A stretch of DNA of 64,000 bases from an uncultured Actinomycetes bacterium (GCA_963742735.1 CAVUMN010000004.1:1216001-1280000), one strand, 5' to 3'. Positions 1 through 8,647 are shown, counted from the first letter of the stretch. Notes: a model not told the origin generated them from the letters alone. Translations and numbers: made by a program.

Positions 1-529
1 GGCGGCCTCCGTGGGCTACCGCGTTCCGGCGGGGCGGGGCCACTTCCCGTTCCCGGGCGGGGAATGGCACCTTCTGAAGGGACCGCGGGTTCACACGTGG
101 ATCAGCGCGGTGGGCACGATCCGCGACCACCCCGTCACCGGGCTCGGCTACGGCTCCACGGTCGCGCATACGCCGAGGATCAAGCGATGGATCCGGCAGG
201 GGTACGCGGCGCCCCTGAACATCGACCGGCCGCCGACCAAGGACGCGCACGAAACGTGGCTCAACGTGGCCGGACAGGCCGGGGTGCTCGGTCTCGCCGC
301 GTTCGTCGGGCTGCTCGTGGTGTGCGTGCGGGGCCTCGGCGGCGCGCTCCGCCGGGCGCCCCCCCAGAGCACCGCCGACCGGCTCGGTATCGCGGTCCTC
401 GCCGGCCTGGCCGGCGTCGGCTTCCACTCGCTCTTCGCCTCGGTGGAGGAGTTCCGCCACCTCTGGGTGTTGCTGGCGCTTGCCGTCGTCGCGCGCCGCC
501 TCCACCGGGGGGCCGCCTCCCGGGCGTAA
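1..529 (+). CDS. O-antigen ligase/polymerase (Wzy_C/WaaL-like) membrane protein, 5'-partial
   Basis: W..A...IRDHPVTGLGYG and AHETWLNVAGQAGVLGL match the Wzy_C loop/His motif, followed by hydrophobic helices; probably starts upstream of the window. Confidence 0.7.
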   Translation, partial: AASVGYRVPAGRGHFPFPGGEWHLLKGPRVHTWISAVGTIRDHPVTGLGYGSTVAHTPRIKRWIRQGYAAPLNIDRPPTKDAHETWLNVAGQAGVLGLAAFVGLLVVCVRGLGGALRRAPPQSTADRLGIAVLAGLAGVGFHSLFASVEEFRHLWVLLALAVVARRLHRGAASRA

Positions 530-554
530 CCTCGGGGGTGGCGGCCGGGTCCAA
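526..554 (+). promoter_or_regulatory. Candidate ECF-type promoter for the sigma/anti-sigma pair
   Basis: GTAACC (526-531), 17 nt, GTCCAA (549-554), just upstream of GGAGA SD and ATG 568; fits the general AAC...GTC ECF pattern. Confidence 0.35.
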
Positions 555-567
555 CGGAGAGCTCGGT

Positions 568-1122
568 ATGGTGAGTCCCGAACTGGTGGACGCGTGCAAG
601 CGGGGTGACCCGCGCGCGTTCGAGGAGCTCGTCGACGCCACCCACCGGCAGGTCTACACGCTCGCGCTTCGCCTCGTCGGCGATCGACAGGAGGCGGAGG
701 ACGTGGCGCAGGAGGCCTACCTGCGGGTGTTTCGAGGGCTTTCCGGGTTCCGGGGCGAGTCCGCGATCGAGACGTGGCTCTACCGCATCGTCACGAACGC
801 CGCGATGAACCAACTGCGGCGCAAGGGCCGGTTCGGGGACCTCGCCGCCGAGCCGCAGGACCTGGAGGACGCGGCGGCCGAGACCGTCGCCGACACCGAG
901 CGGGTCGCCGATCGGGACGAGCTCGATCGGGCCCTCGCCCGGCTGCCGGAGGCGGCGCGGATGGTGGTGGTCATGAAGGACATGTACGGGCTGACCTGCG
1001 AGGAGATTGGGCGCGAGCTCGGCGTCTCCGAGGGAGCGATCAAGGTCCGGCTGCATCGCGCCCGCCGGCGGCTGAAGGATCTGGTGTATGGGCAGGAGGC
1101 GGCGGTGAGCCATGAGGTGTGA
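568..1122 (+). CDS. ECF RNA polymerase sigma-70 factor
   Basis: Region 2 (AEDVAQEAYLRVFRGL, TWLYRIVTN) and region 4 (EEIGRELGVSEGAIKVRLHRAR); start placed at ATG 568 after SD GGAGA. Confidence 0.9.
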   Translation: MVSPELVDACKRGDPRAFEELVDATHRQVYTLALRLVGDRQEAEDVAQEAYLRVFRGLSGFRGESAIETWLYRIVTNAAMNQLRRKGRFGDLAAEPQDLEDAAAETVADTERVADRDELDRALARLPEAARMVVVMKDMYGLTCEEIGRELGVSEGAIKVRLHRARRRLKDLVYGQEAAVSHEV

Positions 1123-1486
1123 GGAGGTTCGCGACGAGCTTCCCGCCTACTCGGGCGGCGAGCTGAGGGAGGCGGGTGAGCTCGAGGTGCATCTCGCGAG
1201 CTGCGAGGGGTGCTCGGTCGAGCTGGCCCGCTACCGCGAGCTCGCCTTCTCGCTCCGGGCCGTGGGCGAACGGGTCGAGGAGCCCTCGGCCGCCTTCCGG
1301 GCCCGGGTGGTCGCCGCGATCCCGCCCAAGCGGCTGCGCGACGACGTTCGGCGCATCGCTCGCGAGCACCCTCGCGAGGTGGCGCTGGGGAGCGCGGCGA
1401 TCGGCGCGGCCGCGATCGGCCTGCTGTGGTGGCGAGCCGCGCGGCGCTCGATCGAACGCCAGGGCGTGCTGGTTCCCGCGGGCTGA
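1112..1486 (+). CDS. Zinc-finger (zf-HC2/ZAS) anti-sigma factor with C-terminal TM helix
   Basis: MRCEEV...HLASCEGC (HxxxCxxC); overlaps the sigma gene; TM ALGSAAIGAAAIGLLWW followed by RR. Confidence 0.85.
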   Translation: MRCEEVRDELPAYSGGELREAGELEVHLASCEGCSVELARYRELAFSLRAVGERVEEPSAAFRARVVAAIPPKRLRDDVRRIAREHPREVALGSAAIGAAAIGLLWWRAARRSIERQGVLVPAG

Positions 1487-1493
1487 GCTTGGT

Positions 1494-2846
1494 TTAGCTG
1501 GCCACTCGGCGCCTGCGGCGCTCCCGGCCGAAGAATCCCGCGTCGATCGAGGCGATCGAGACCGGCACGTCGTCCTCCTCGTCCACCACGGCGAGGGGAC
1601 GGATCTGCGCGTCGCGCTTGATGGCCTCAAGGCTCGCGCCCATATCCTCCAGCCCCTCCTGCATGTCGCGCAGGGCGGTGTCGAGCCCGACGATGGCCTC
1701 CGACTCGCGGGCGGCCGCCCGGACCAGGACCCGGCCCATCGCGTCGAAGCGGTTGACCAGGGCCTCGCTGGTCGCCTCCATGCGGGCCGCGAGGCCCTCG
1801 GTGGCCGCGAGGGCCCGCTCGGCGGTCGCCTCGGTGGTGTCGGTGACCCGCTCGGCCAGCTGCTCCGTGGCCCGCAGGGCCTGGCCGGCCACCGCCTCGG
1901 TGCGGGCGGCCACGCGGGCCGCGAGCGCCTCGGTCGTGGTCACGGCCCGGCCGGCGGCCGTCTCGGTCGCCGATATCACGCGCTCGACCGCCTGATCCGT
2001 GACCTTGGCGATGCGCCGGACCAGCTGGCCCGCCGCCGCCTCGACCTGGTCGCTCATCATGCCGGTCACGCTCGCCACGCGGCGCGCGGTCATGTCCGGC
2101 ATGCCGTGCAGCGCCCGGTCCATGGACTCGATGCCCTGGGTCATGGCGGCCATCGAGGTGTCGAGCTGAGCGCCGACGCGCTCGTTCTGCGTCTCGATCC
2201 GCTCCTGGGCGTGGACCAGCCGTGCGTGTAGGCGCCGTCCGGTGGTGTCGACCTGCGCCGAGATGGCGGCCAGCTGGTGGTCGGTGTGCTCGAAGGCGCT
2301 CCCCAGGCGACCCGTGATCGCCTGGCGCATGCCCTCCATGTCGGAGACCAGGGCGAGGTGGGATTGCTTGAGCTTGTCGGCCACCATCTTCAGGCCGGCT
2401 TCCATGCGCTGGATGCGGACGTCGAGCGCGTGGTAGCGCTCGTCGGAGTGCGAGATGAGGCCGCGGACGGTGTCGTCGCGGGCGAGCACGCCGAGCACGC
2501 GCTCGCTGAGGTTCTCGCCAGCCTCGGGGCCGACGGAGCGCCACACCTCGCTGGCGATCTCGCCCATGAGGCGGGTCGCCTGCTCCTGCATGTGGGCGAC
2601 GCCCTGGTCGACGCGCTCCAAGACCATCTGCTGGTAGGCGGTGACGATCGAGTCCAGGCGGTCCTGGTCGGGCAGGTCGAGGTTCCGCACCGCGCGCGGA
2701 CGGGGTGAGGTCGTCGGCTCGATACGAACTGAGGAGAGCGCAGTCGGGGACTTGCCCGTGGCGCGATGCCGCCCGCCGGGCGAGATGATCCGCCTGATCT
2801 TCCCTCGCTCACCGCCGGGGGAGTCGGTCGTATAGATATCTTGCAT
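1494..2846 (-). CDS. Hypothetical long alpha-helical/coiled-coil protein with 11-residue repeats (start uncertain; may be GTG 2690)
   Basis: 450-aa ORF rich in A/E/R/Q; about 8 tandem TExxAxRxxxx 11-mers at ~1738-2001. Confidence 0.7.
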   Translation of the reverse strand: MQDIYTTDSPGGERGKIRRIISPGGRHRATGKSPTALSSVRIEPTTSPRPRAVRNLDLPDQDRLDSIVTAYQQMVLERVDQGVAHMQEQATRLMGEIASEVWRSVGPEAGENLSERVLGVLARDDTVRGLISHSDERYHALDVRIQRMEAGLKMVADKLKQSHLALVSDMEGMRQAITGRLGSAFEHTDHQLAAISAQVDTTGRRLHARLVHAQERIETQNERVGAQLDTSMAAMTQGIESMDRALHGMPDMTARRVASVTGMMSDQVEAAAGQLVRRIAKVTDQAVERVISATETAAGRAVTTTEALAARVAARTEAVAGQALRATEQLAERVTDTTEATAERALAATEGLAARMEATSEALVNRFDAMGRVLVRAAARESEAIVGLDTALRDMQEGLEDMGASLEAIKRDAQIRPLAVVDEEDDVPVSIASIDAGFFGRERRRRRVAS

Positions 2847-2939
2847 AAGGGGAAGCTCGCCTTCCGGGGCCGGCGCGAGGCTTATCGGGCGTCAGTGTAG
2901 GTGCCTCTCGGGGTCGAATCGAGCACCTTCGCCTACTCT

Positions 2940-2969
2940 TTGCTGGGCCCTTCGGACAGGTCCTATACT
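2940..2969 (+). promoter_or_regulatory. SigA-type promoter for tRNA-Trp/secE/nusG
   Basis: TTGCTG (2940-2945), 18 nt, TATACT (2964-2969). Confidence 0.6.
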
Positions 2970-3011
2970 GGCCGGCGGGGTGCGAACCCACGGTTGCCCC
3001 TTCCCACCCAT

Positions 3012-3084
3012 AGGGGCGTAGCTCAATTGGTAGAGTCCCGGTCTCCAAAACCGGTGGTTGGGGGTTCGAGTCCCTCCGCCCCTG
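3012..3084 (+). tRNA. trnW: tRNA-Trp (CCA); 3' CCA not encoded
   Basis: Acceptor stem AGGGGCG/CGCCCCT, D arm GCTCAATTGGTAGAGT, anticodon arm CCGGT-CTCCAAA-ACCGG, T loop GTTCGAGTC; canonical position before secE. Confidence 0.97.
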
Positions 3085-3097
3085 CAAGAGGAGTCAC

Positions 3098-3379
3098 ATG
3101 AACCGGCAGTCCAAGCGAATGATGGGCAAGCGTCAGGCCGCGGCCGACCGGGTCCAGGTCGCTCGTCGGCCGATGCCTCAGGAGCGGAAGCGGCGGGTAG
3201 GACCGCGCCAGTTCCTGAAGGAGGTCCGGCAGGAGCTCAAGAAGGTGGCCTGGCCGACCCGCAAGGAGCTCTTCGCCTACACGATGGTGGTGTTGTTCGC
3301 CGTCGTCGTGCTGACCACGCTCGTCTTCGGGCTGGACCTGCTGTTCTCCAAGGCCGTCCTCAAGGTGTTCGGTACCTAG
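3098..3379 (+). CDS. secE: Preprotein translocase subunit SecE
   Basis: FLKEVRQELKKVAWPTRKE motif plus single TM; synteny. Confidence 0.96.
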   Translation: MNRQSKRMMGKRQAAADRVQVARRPMPQERKRRVGPRQFLKEVRQELKKVAWPTRKELFAYTMVVLFAVVVLTTLVFGLDLLFSKAVLKVFGT

Positions 3380-3406
3380 GACCCAACCCCCAACCCCAGG
3401 AACACG

Positions 3407-4543
3407 ATGGAAGAGACATTCGAAGCACGCCCAGACGACGAGCAGGACCCCTCGACCGAGCCCTCGGCCGAGCCGTCGACCGAGCCCTCGGCCGAGCCGC
3501 CCGAGGAGGACGCCGACGCGCCCGCCGACGAGGCTGAGGTCGAGCCGGTGACCGCGATCGCGGAGACCCTGGCCGAGCCGGAGGAGGTTGCCTCCCCGGA
3601 GGAGGAGCCGGCCGGCGAGGCGTCGGAGGAGCCCGACGAGTCCGACGAGGCCGAGGACGAGGCCCAGCCCCTCGTCGAGGCCGCCGAGCCGGAGCTTCAG
3701 CCGCAGACCTCCGACGACGTGGTCCCGTCCGCCGAGGACGTGCCCGCCGAGGAGGCCGCCGTCCACGTGGTGGACGAGCAGGAGGCCGTGGCCGAGGAGG
3801 GCGTGACCCTCGACGCCACCGACGACGAAGGAGCCACCCCCGAGTCGGTGGAGCTCGAGCCGGCAACGGTTGCGGAGTCGGCCGTGTCGGGCAACGGGTC
3901 GGCCGCCCCGGTTGCCGCCGAGCCCGAGGCCGCGCCGGCCGCCGAGCCCGCGCCGGCCGCCGAGCCCGAGCCCGAGCCCGAGCCCGAGGTGTGGTCGCCG
4001 TTCGACACGCCGGGCGACTGGTACGTGGTGCACACCTACGCGGGCTACGAGAACAAGGTCAAGGTGAACCTGCAGTCACGGATCTCCTCCATGCAGATGG
4101 AGGACAAGATCTTCGACGTCGTGATCCCCATGGAGGACGTCATGGAGATCAAGGGCGGCAAGAAGCAGGTGGTCCAGAAGAAGGTCTTCCCCGGGTACCT
4201 GCTCGTGAAGATGTTCTACGACAACGACTCCTGGTACGTCGTTCGCAACACGCCCGGCGTGACCGGGTTCGTGGTCAGCGGCACGGGGCAGAAGCCCACG
4301 CCGCTGTCCCGCAAGGAGGTCGAGAAGATCCTCGCCGTCAAGGAGGAGGAGAAGGTCAAGCCGACCTACCGCCTCGAGTTCGAGGAGGGGGACGTGGTCC
4401 GCATCATCAGCGGCCCGTTCGCCGACTTCAACGGGACCATCAACGAGATCAACGTCGACCAGTCCAAGCTGAAGGTGCTGGTCAACATCTTCGACCGGGA
4501 GACCCCGGTCGAGCTCGGGTTCGACCAGGTCGCCCGGGTCTAG
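3407..4543 (+). CDS. nusG: Transcription termination/antitermination factor NusG with ~200-aa acidic N-terminal extension
   Basis: WYVVHTYAGYENKVK, VFPGYLLV, VRNTPGVTGFV, KOW GDVVRIISGPF. Confidence 0.96.
   Translation: MEETFEARPDDEQDPSTEPSAEPSTEPSAEPPEEDADAPADEAEVEPVTAIAETLAEPEEVASPEEEPAGEASEEPDESDEAEDEAQPLVEAAEPELQPQTSDDVVPSAEDVPAEEAAVHVVDEQEAVAEEGVTLDATDDEGATPESVELEPATVAESAVSGNGSAAPVAAEPEAAPAAEPAPAAEPEPEPEPEVWSPFDTPGDWYVVHTYAGYENKVKVNLQSRISSMQMEDKIFDVVIPMEDVMEIKGGKKQVVQKKVFPGYLLVKMFYDNDSWYVVRNTPGVTGFVVSGTGQKPTPLSRKEVEKILAVKEEEKVKPTYRLEFEEGDVVRIISGPFADFNGTINEINVDQSKLKVLVNIFDRETPVELGFDQVARV
3448..3503 (+). repeat. 12-bp coding tandem repeat (EPS[T/A]) in the NusG extension
   Basis: CCCTCGACCGAG/CCCTCGGCCGAG units encoding PSTEPSAEPSTEPSAEPP. 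Confidence 0.7.
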
Positions 4544-4552
4544 TCCACAACC

Positions 4553-4584
4553 GCGGGAGGCCGTTCCCCGGCCGTTCGAACCGC
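4553..4584 (+). promoter_or_regulatory. Probable uL1-binding translational operator upstream of rplK
   Basis: GCGGGAG-GCCG..CGGC-CGTTCGAACCGC stem with internal loop directly before SD AGGAGG; resembles known L1 mRNA targets. Confidence 0.55.
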
Positions 4585-4597
4585 AGGAGGTAGAGAG

Positions 4598-5029
4598 ATG
4601 GCACGCAAGAAGAAGGTCCTCGCCCTCGTCAAGCTGCAGATCCGCGCCGGACAGGCGACCCCGGCCCCGCCCGTCGGGACCGCCCTCGGACAGCACGGCG
4701 TCAACATCATGGACTTCTGCCGGCAGTACAACGAGGCCACCCAGGCCCAGGCCGGCCAGGTCATCCCCGTCGAGCTGACGATCTACGAGGACCGCACGTT
4801 CGACTTCGTCACCAAGCAGCCGCCGGCCGCGGAGCTCATCCGTCAGGCGGCGGGGATCGAGAAGGGTTCCGGGGAGCCCAACCGCGAGAAGGTCGCCAGG
4901 CTCTCCTCGAGCCAGGTCCGCCAGATCGCCGAGACGAAGATGAAGGACCTCAACGCGAACGACATCGAAGCCGCGATGAAGATCATCGAAGGCACCGCGC
5001 GGAGCATGGGCGTGGAGGTGGGGGCATGA
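4598..5029 (+). CDS. rplK: 50S ribosomal protein L11
   Basis: [25 protein letters not shown]; GTARSMGV. Confidence 0.98.
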   Translation: MARKKKVLALVKLQIRAGQATPAPPVGTALGQHGVNIMDFCRQYNEATQAQAGQVIPVELTIYEDRTFDFVTKQPPAAELIRQAAGIEKGSGEPNREKVARLSSSQVRQIAETKMKDLNANDIEAAMKIIEGTARSMGVEVGA

Positions 5030-5760
5030 ACCGGGGCAAGCGCTACGCGGCCGCGGAGAAGCTCGTCGACCACGACAAGCTCCACTCGCCCCAGGAGGCG
5101 ATCTCGATCGTCAAGCAGTACCCGGACGCCAAGTTCGACGAGACCGTGGAGGTGGCGCTCCGCCTGGGCGTCGATCCTCGCAAGGCCGACCAGATGGTCC
5201 GCGGGACCGTCACCCTCCCGCACGGCACCGGCAAGAGCGTGCGGGTGGCCGCGTTCGCCCAGGGCGACAAGGCGCGGGAGGCGACCGAGGCCGGGGCCGA
5301 CGTGGTCGGCGCGCAGGACCTGGTCGAGAAGGTGCTGAAGGGCGAGATCGACTTCGAAGCCGCCGTGGCGACGCCGGACATGATGCCCGAGGTCGGCAAG
5401 GCCGGCCGGGTGCTCGGTCCGCGGGGCCTGATGCCGAATCCCAAGGCCGGCACGGTCACCATGGACATCGGCAAGGCCGTCCAGGACATCAAGGGCGGAA
5501 AGCTCGAGTACCGGACCGACCGCCAGGGCAACCTGCACCTGATCATCGGCAAGCGCTCGTTCGACGAGCCGAAGCTGGTCGAGAACTACCAGGCCGTGAT
5601 CGAGGAGATCCTGCGGGCCAAGCCCGCGTCCGCCAAGGGCCGCTACCTCAAGAGCGTGACGCTCTCGACCACCATGGGCCCCGGCATCCCGATCGACCCC
5701 GCCAGGGCTCGAGGTCTGACCCAGGCCGAGGTCGCCGCCGAGGCCGCGGCCTCCGCCTAG
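5026..5760 (+). CDS. rplA: 50S ribosomal protein L1
   Basis: [25 protein letters not shown]; [15 protein letters not shown]. Confidence 0.98.
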   Translation: MNRGKRYAAAEKLVDHDKLHSPQEAISIVKQYPDAKFDETVEVALRLGVDPRKADQMVRGTVTLPHGTGKSVRVAAFAQGDKAREATEAGADVVGAQDLVEKVLKGEIDFEAAVATPDMMPEVGKAGRVLGPRGLMPNPKAGTVTMDIGKAVQDIKGGKLEYRTDRQGNLHLIIGKRSFDEPKLVENYQAVIEEILRAKPASAKGRYLKSVTLSTTMGPGIPIDPARARGLTQAEVAAEAAASA

Positions 5761-5780
5761 CCCGCGACCTCCGCCTAGCC
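5745..5780. repeat. 18-bp tandem duplication at the convergent rplA/thioesterase junction
   Basis: CGCGGCCTCCGCCTAGCC then CGCGACCTCCGCCTAGCC (17/18 identical); each copy's CTAG supplies one gene's stop codon. Confidence 0.8.
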
Positions 5781-6191
5781 CGGCTCGGCCCGCAGCACCG
5801 CCTGCGTCTGGGTCGTCAGCGCGACCGGGCGGTTCTGGGCGTCCCGGAGGTCGGTCTGCACGACGATCGTGGTGCGCCCGACGTGCACCGGGCGGGCGAC
5901 CGCGAGCACGGTGCCCTCGCGGACGGCGCGCAGGAAGTTGGTCTTCGACTCGATCGTCGAGGTGCCGGCCCCCGCCGGCAGATTCAGGAACGCGCAGGTC
6001 GCGCCGGCCGTGTCGGCCAGGGACATGAGCGCGCCGCCGTGCATGGTTCCCTGGCTCGTGCATCGCTCGGGGGCCCAGTCGAGCTCAAGCCGGACCTCGT
6101 CGGGTGACGCCGAGACCATGCGGATCCCGAGCAGTCCCGCGTAGGGGACGATCTGATCGAGCGGGGGGAGCCCCGCGGCGTCGTCCGACAT
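5775..6191 (-). CDS. PaaI family (hotdog-fold) thioesterase
   Basis: GTMHGGALMSLADTA, TIESKTNFLRAV, VHVGRTTIV; start placed at ATG 6191. Confidence 0.9.
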   Translation of the reverse strand: MSDDAAGLPPLDQIVPYAGLLGIRMVSASPDEVRLELDWAPERCTSQGTMHGGALMSLADTAGATCAFLNLPAGAGTSTIESKTNFLRAVREGTVLAVARPVHVGRTTIVVQTDLRDAQNRPVALTTQTQAVLRAEPG

Positions 6192-6258
6192 CAGGCCGCG
6201 GATCGTGCCACGGAATCGCGGGCTCGCGCGTCCTGTTCGCGAGATGATCGGAGCCCAG

Positions 6259-6768
6259 GTGACCATCGAGGAAACCGACGCCCAGCCCGCGGGCCGGCTC
6301 GCCGAGCTCTACGTGCGGCACGCCCCCGACGCCCTGCGGTTCGCGACCGTGCTGACGGGCGAGCGCCAGCTTGCGGAGGACCTGGTCCAGGACGCGTTCG
6401 TCCGCCTGGCCGGCCGCCTGGCCCACCTTCGCGACCCGGGCGCGTTCGAGGCGTACCTGCGCCGGACGGTGGTCAACCTGGCGAACTCGAAGTTCCGCCG
6501 GCGCAAGGTGGAGCGCGCGTATCTGGAGCGCGAGGGTCGCCGCCCCACGGCGGCCGGACCGGCGCCCGATCCCGAGACCCGCGACGAGGTGTGGACCGCC
6601 CTGCAGACCCTGCCGGTCAACCAGCGGGCCGCCATCGCCCTTCGCTTCTACGAGGACTTGCCGGACGAGCAGATCGCGGAGGTCCTGAACTGCGCGCCGG
6701 CGACGGTGCGCTCGCTGGTGCACCGAGGAATGGCCATGCTCAAGACTCAGCTGGGAGACGACCGATGA
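6259..6768 (+). CDS. ECF sigma factor (actinobacterial SigE-like family)
   Basis: LAEDLVQDAFVRL, AYLRRTVVN, QRAAIALRFYEDL..IAEVL..ATVRSLVHRG; start GTG 6259 or ATG 6244. Confidence 0.88.
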   Translation: MTIEETDAQPAGRLAELYVRHAPDALRFATVLTGERQLAEDLVQDAFVRLAGRLAHLRDPGAFEAYLRRTVVNLANSKFRRRKVERAYLEREGRRPTAAGPAPDPETRDEVWTALQTLPVNQRAAIALRFYEDLPDEQIAEVLNCAPATVRSLVHRGMAMLKTQLGDDR

Positions 6769-7754
6769 GCCTCGACGACCGGATCCGCCAGTCCATCGAA
6801 CGCAACACCGCCGCACCCGGACACGACCCGATCCCCGAGGGCCTGCTCCACCGCGCCCGCCGCCGCATCGCCCTCACCGTCGTCGGCTCGTTGGTCTCGC
6901 TCGCCGTCCTCGGCGGCGGCGGCCTTGCCCTGGTGCGGTCGCTGGATCGCCCCGAGATCCGGGAGCCCGGCGGCCCCACCACCGTCGTTCCGTCCGAGAC
7001 GCCCTCGGAGCCGACCCTGACGCCGGAGGAGCGCGCGATCAACCGCTTCGTGACGGACTTCATGGAGGCGCGACGGGCCGGGAGCGGTGCCGAGGCCTTT
7101 CTGTCGCCGGAGGCGCAGCAGGACTACGTCGGCCGGCAGAGCGGCTTCGTCGGCGAGGGTGCGGTGCTGTACGGGGACGAGGAGCGCCCGCTCGACGGTT
7201 TCGAGATCCAGGCGCCCCACCAGGTCGAGGGCGGCTCGTACGAGGTCCTGGTGTGGACGCTGCGACACGAGATCGGCGACACGCCGTGGTGTCCGTTCAG
7301 CGAGACCCTGCTGGTTGACCCCGACGCGAACGGCGGAGACCCGCTCGTCGTGAGCAGCGTGGAGAACACCGCCGGGACGGTGGGCACGCCGGTGACCCGG
7401 CGTGCAGCCGAGGGCTTCGGCTGTGTGTTCATGGATGCCCGTCAGCGTCGGGAGGACCTGTCCGGGTTCCTCAGCCCGGAGGCTCAGCAGCAGCTCGAGT
7501 CCGGCGAGGCGGGCCTGAGCGCGTACCCGGAGTTCGTCAACGGCTGGTGGATCGCGTACTCGGAGCTGGCCGAGGACGGCGAGGTGATCGTCATCCTCGG
7601 GCGCCAGGACGGTGAGGCGCCCGACTACTCGACCCTCGAGGAGATCCGGGTCGGCCCCGGCGCCGACGCCAACGGGCAGCCGCACCCTGCCGTGGTCCGC
7701 TCGGTCCGCCCCGTCGAATGCGACTTCACCACGGAGACGCCCAGCTGCGGCTGA
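6765..7754 (+). CDS. Single-pass membrane protein, probable anti-sigma/sensor with duplicated extracytoplasmic domain
   Basis: ATGA overlap with the sigma gene; short N-terminus ending RARRR, TM helix, P/T linker, two FMxAR...FLSPEAQQ units. Confidence 0.7.
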   Translation: MSLDDRIRQSIERNTAAPGHDPIPEGLLHRARRRIALTVVGSLVSLAVLGGGGLALVRSLDRPEIREPGGPTTVVPSETPSEPTLTPEERAINRFVTDFMEARRAGSGAEAFLSPEAQQDYVGRQSGFVGEGAVLYGDEERPLDGFEIQAPHQVEGGSYEVLVWTLRHEIGDTPWCPFSETLLVDPDANGGDPLVVSSVENTAGTVGTPVTRRAAEGFGCVFMDARQRREDLSGFLSPEAQQQLESGEAGLSAYPEFVNGWWIAYSELAEDGEVIVILGRQDGEAPDYSTLEEIRVGPGADANGQPHPAVVRSVRPVECDFTTETPSCG

Positions 7755-7761
7755 GTCCCGG

Positions 7762-7791
7762 TTGTCGCCGGCCTGCCCGTGCCTCTATCCT
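7762..7791 (+). promoter_or_regulatory. SigA-type promoter for rplJ-rplL
   Basis: TTGTCG (7762-7767), 18 nt, TATCCT (7786-7791). Confidence 0.55.
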
Positions 7792-7798
7792 CATCCGC

Positions 7799-7896
7799 GC
7801 CGCAGACTGCTGGGGCCGCAAGGCGTAATCCCCGCGAGGGGTACCAGCCGAGGCAGAGGCTCGACGCCTCCGCACGCGTCTGCGGGGGCGTTTTCC
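7799..7896 (+). ncRNA. L10 leader (cis-regulatory RNA) with attenuator-like hairpin
   Basis: CGCAGACTGCTGG...TAA...CCAGCCGAGG core typical of L10 leaders; hairpin ACGCCTCCGCA/TGCGGGGGCGT-TTT at 7863-7894; CGCAGAC (7801-7807) can alternatively pair with GTCTGCG (7878-7884). Confidence 0.75.
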
Positions 7897-7912
7897 TATT
7901 TGGAGAGAAGAC

Positions 7913-8644
7913 ATGCCGACTCCCACCAAGGTTGCGAAGGTCCAGGAGCTCAAGGAGCAGCTGACCCAGTCGTCGGCCTCCCTGATCTCGGACTACCGCG
8001 GGATCACGGTCAAGGACGTGACCGAGCTTCGCGCCGCCCTCCGGGAGGCCGAGGCCACGTTTACCGTCGTCAAGAACACGCTGACGAAGCTGGCCGCCGT
8101 CGAGGCGGGCCTGGCCGAGCTCGAGGCGATCCTCGAGGGGCCCACCGCCATCACGTTCGTGAAGGGCGACGTGGTCATCGCCGCCAAGCGCCTGGCCGAC
8201 GCCGCCAAGCGCATCCCGTCCCTGGAGATCAAGGGCGGGGTCATGGAGGGCCGGGTCATCTCCGCCGACCAGGCCCGCCAGCTGGCCACGCTGGAGAGCC
8301 GCGAGGTCCTGCTGGCCAAGATGGCCGGCATGGCCAAGGCCTCGATGTCGAAGGCCGCGTACGCGTTCAACGCCCTGCAGTCGAAGTTCCTGTCGCTGCT
8401 CGAGGCGTACAAGGAGAAGGTCCCGCCGGGCGAGGCCCCGCCCGCCGAGGTCGAGGAGGCCCCGGCCGCCGAGGAGGCGCCCGCCGCCGAGGAGACGCCT
8501 GCGGCCGAGGAGGCGCCTGCGGCCGAGGAGACGCCTGCGGCCGAGGAGCCGGTTGAGGCTCCGGCCGCAGAGGATGCTTCCGAGCCGGTCGCCGAGGTCG
8601 AGGAGACCCCGGCCGGTTCGGACGAGACCGAAGGAGAGGAGTAG
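7913..8644 (+). CDS. rplJ: 50S ribosomal protein L10 with acidic C-terminal extension
   Basis: DYRGITVKDVTELRAALRE, VVKNTLTKLA, LEGPTAITF. Confidence 0.97.
   Translation: MPTPTKVAKVQELKEQLTQSSASLISDYRGITVKDVTELRAALREAEATFTVVKNTLTKLAAVEAGLAELEAILEGPTAITFVKGDVVIAAKRLADAAKRIPSLEIKGGVMEGRVISADQARQLATLESREVLLAKMAGMAKASMSKAAYAFNALQSKFLSLLEAYKEKVPPGEAPPAEVEEAPAAEEAPAAEETPAAEEAPAAEETPAAEEPVEAPAAEDASEPVAEVEETPAGSDETEGEE
8453..8548 (+). repeat. 18-bp coding tandem repeat (EE[A/T]PAA) x5 in the uL10 tail
   Basis: GAGGAGRCGCCTGCGGCC-like units. Confidence 0.8.
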
Positions 8645-8647
8645 ACG

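Noticed and set aside
3012-3097. tRNA-Trp as an integration site
   Set aside because: Followed directly by secE; no duplicated tRNA 3' end or integrase seen
6206-6232. Possible ECF promoter GCCAC...CGTC upstream of the second sigma gene
   Set aside because: Weak match that arises easily by chance in GC-rich DNA
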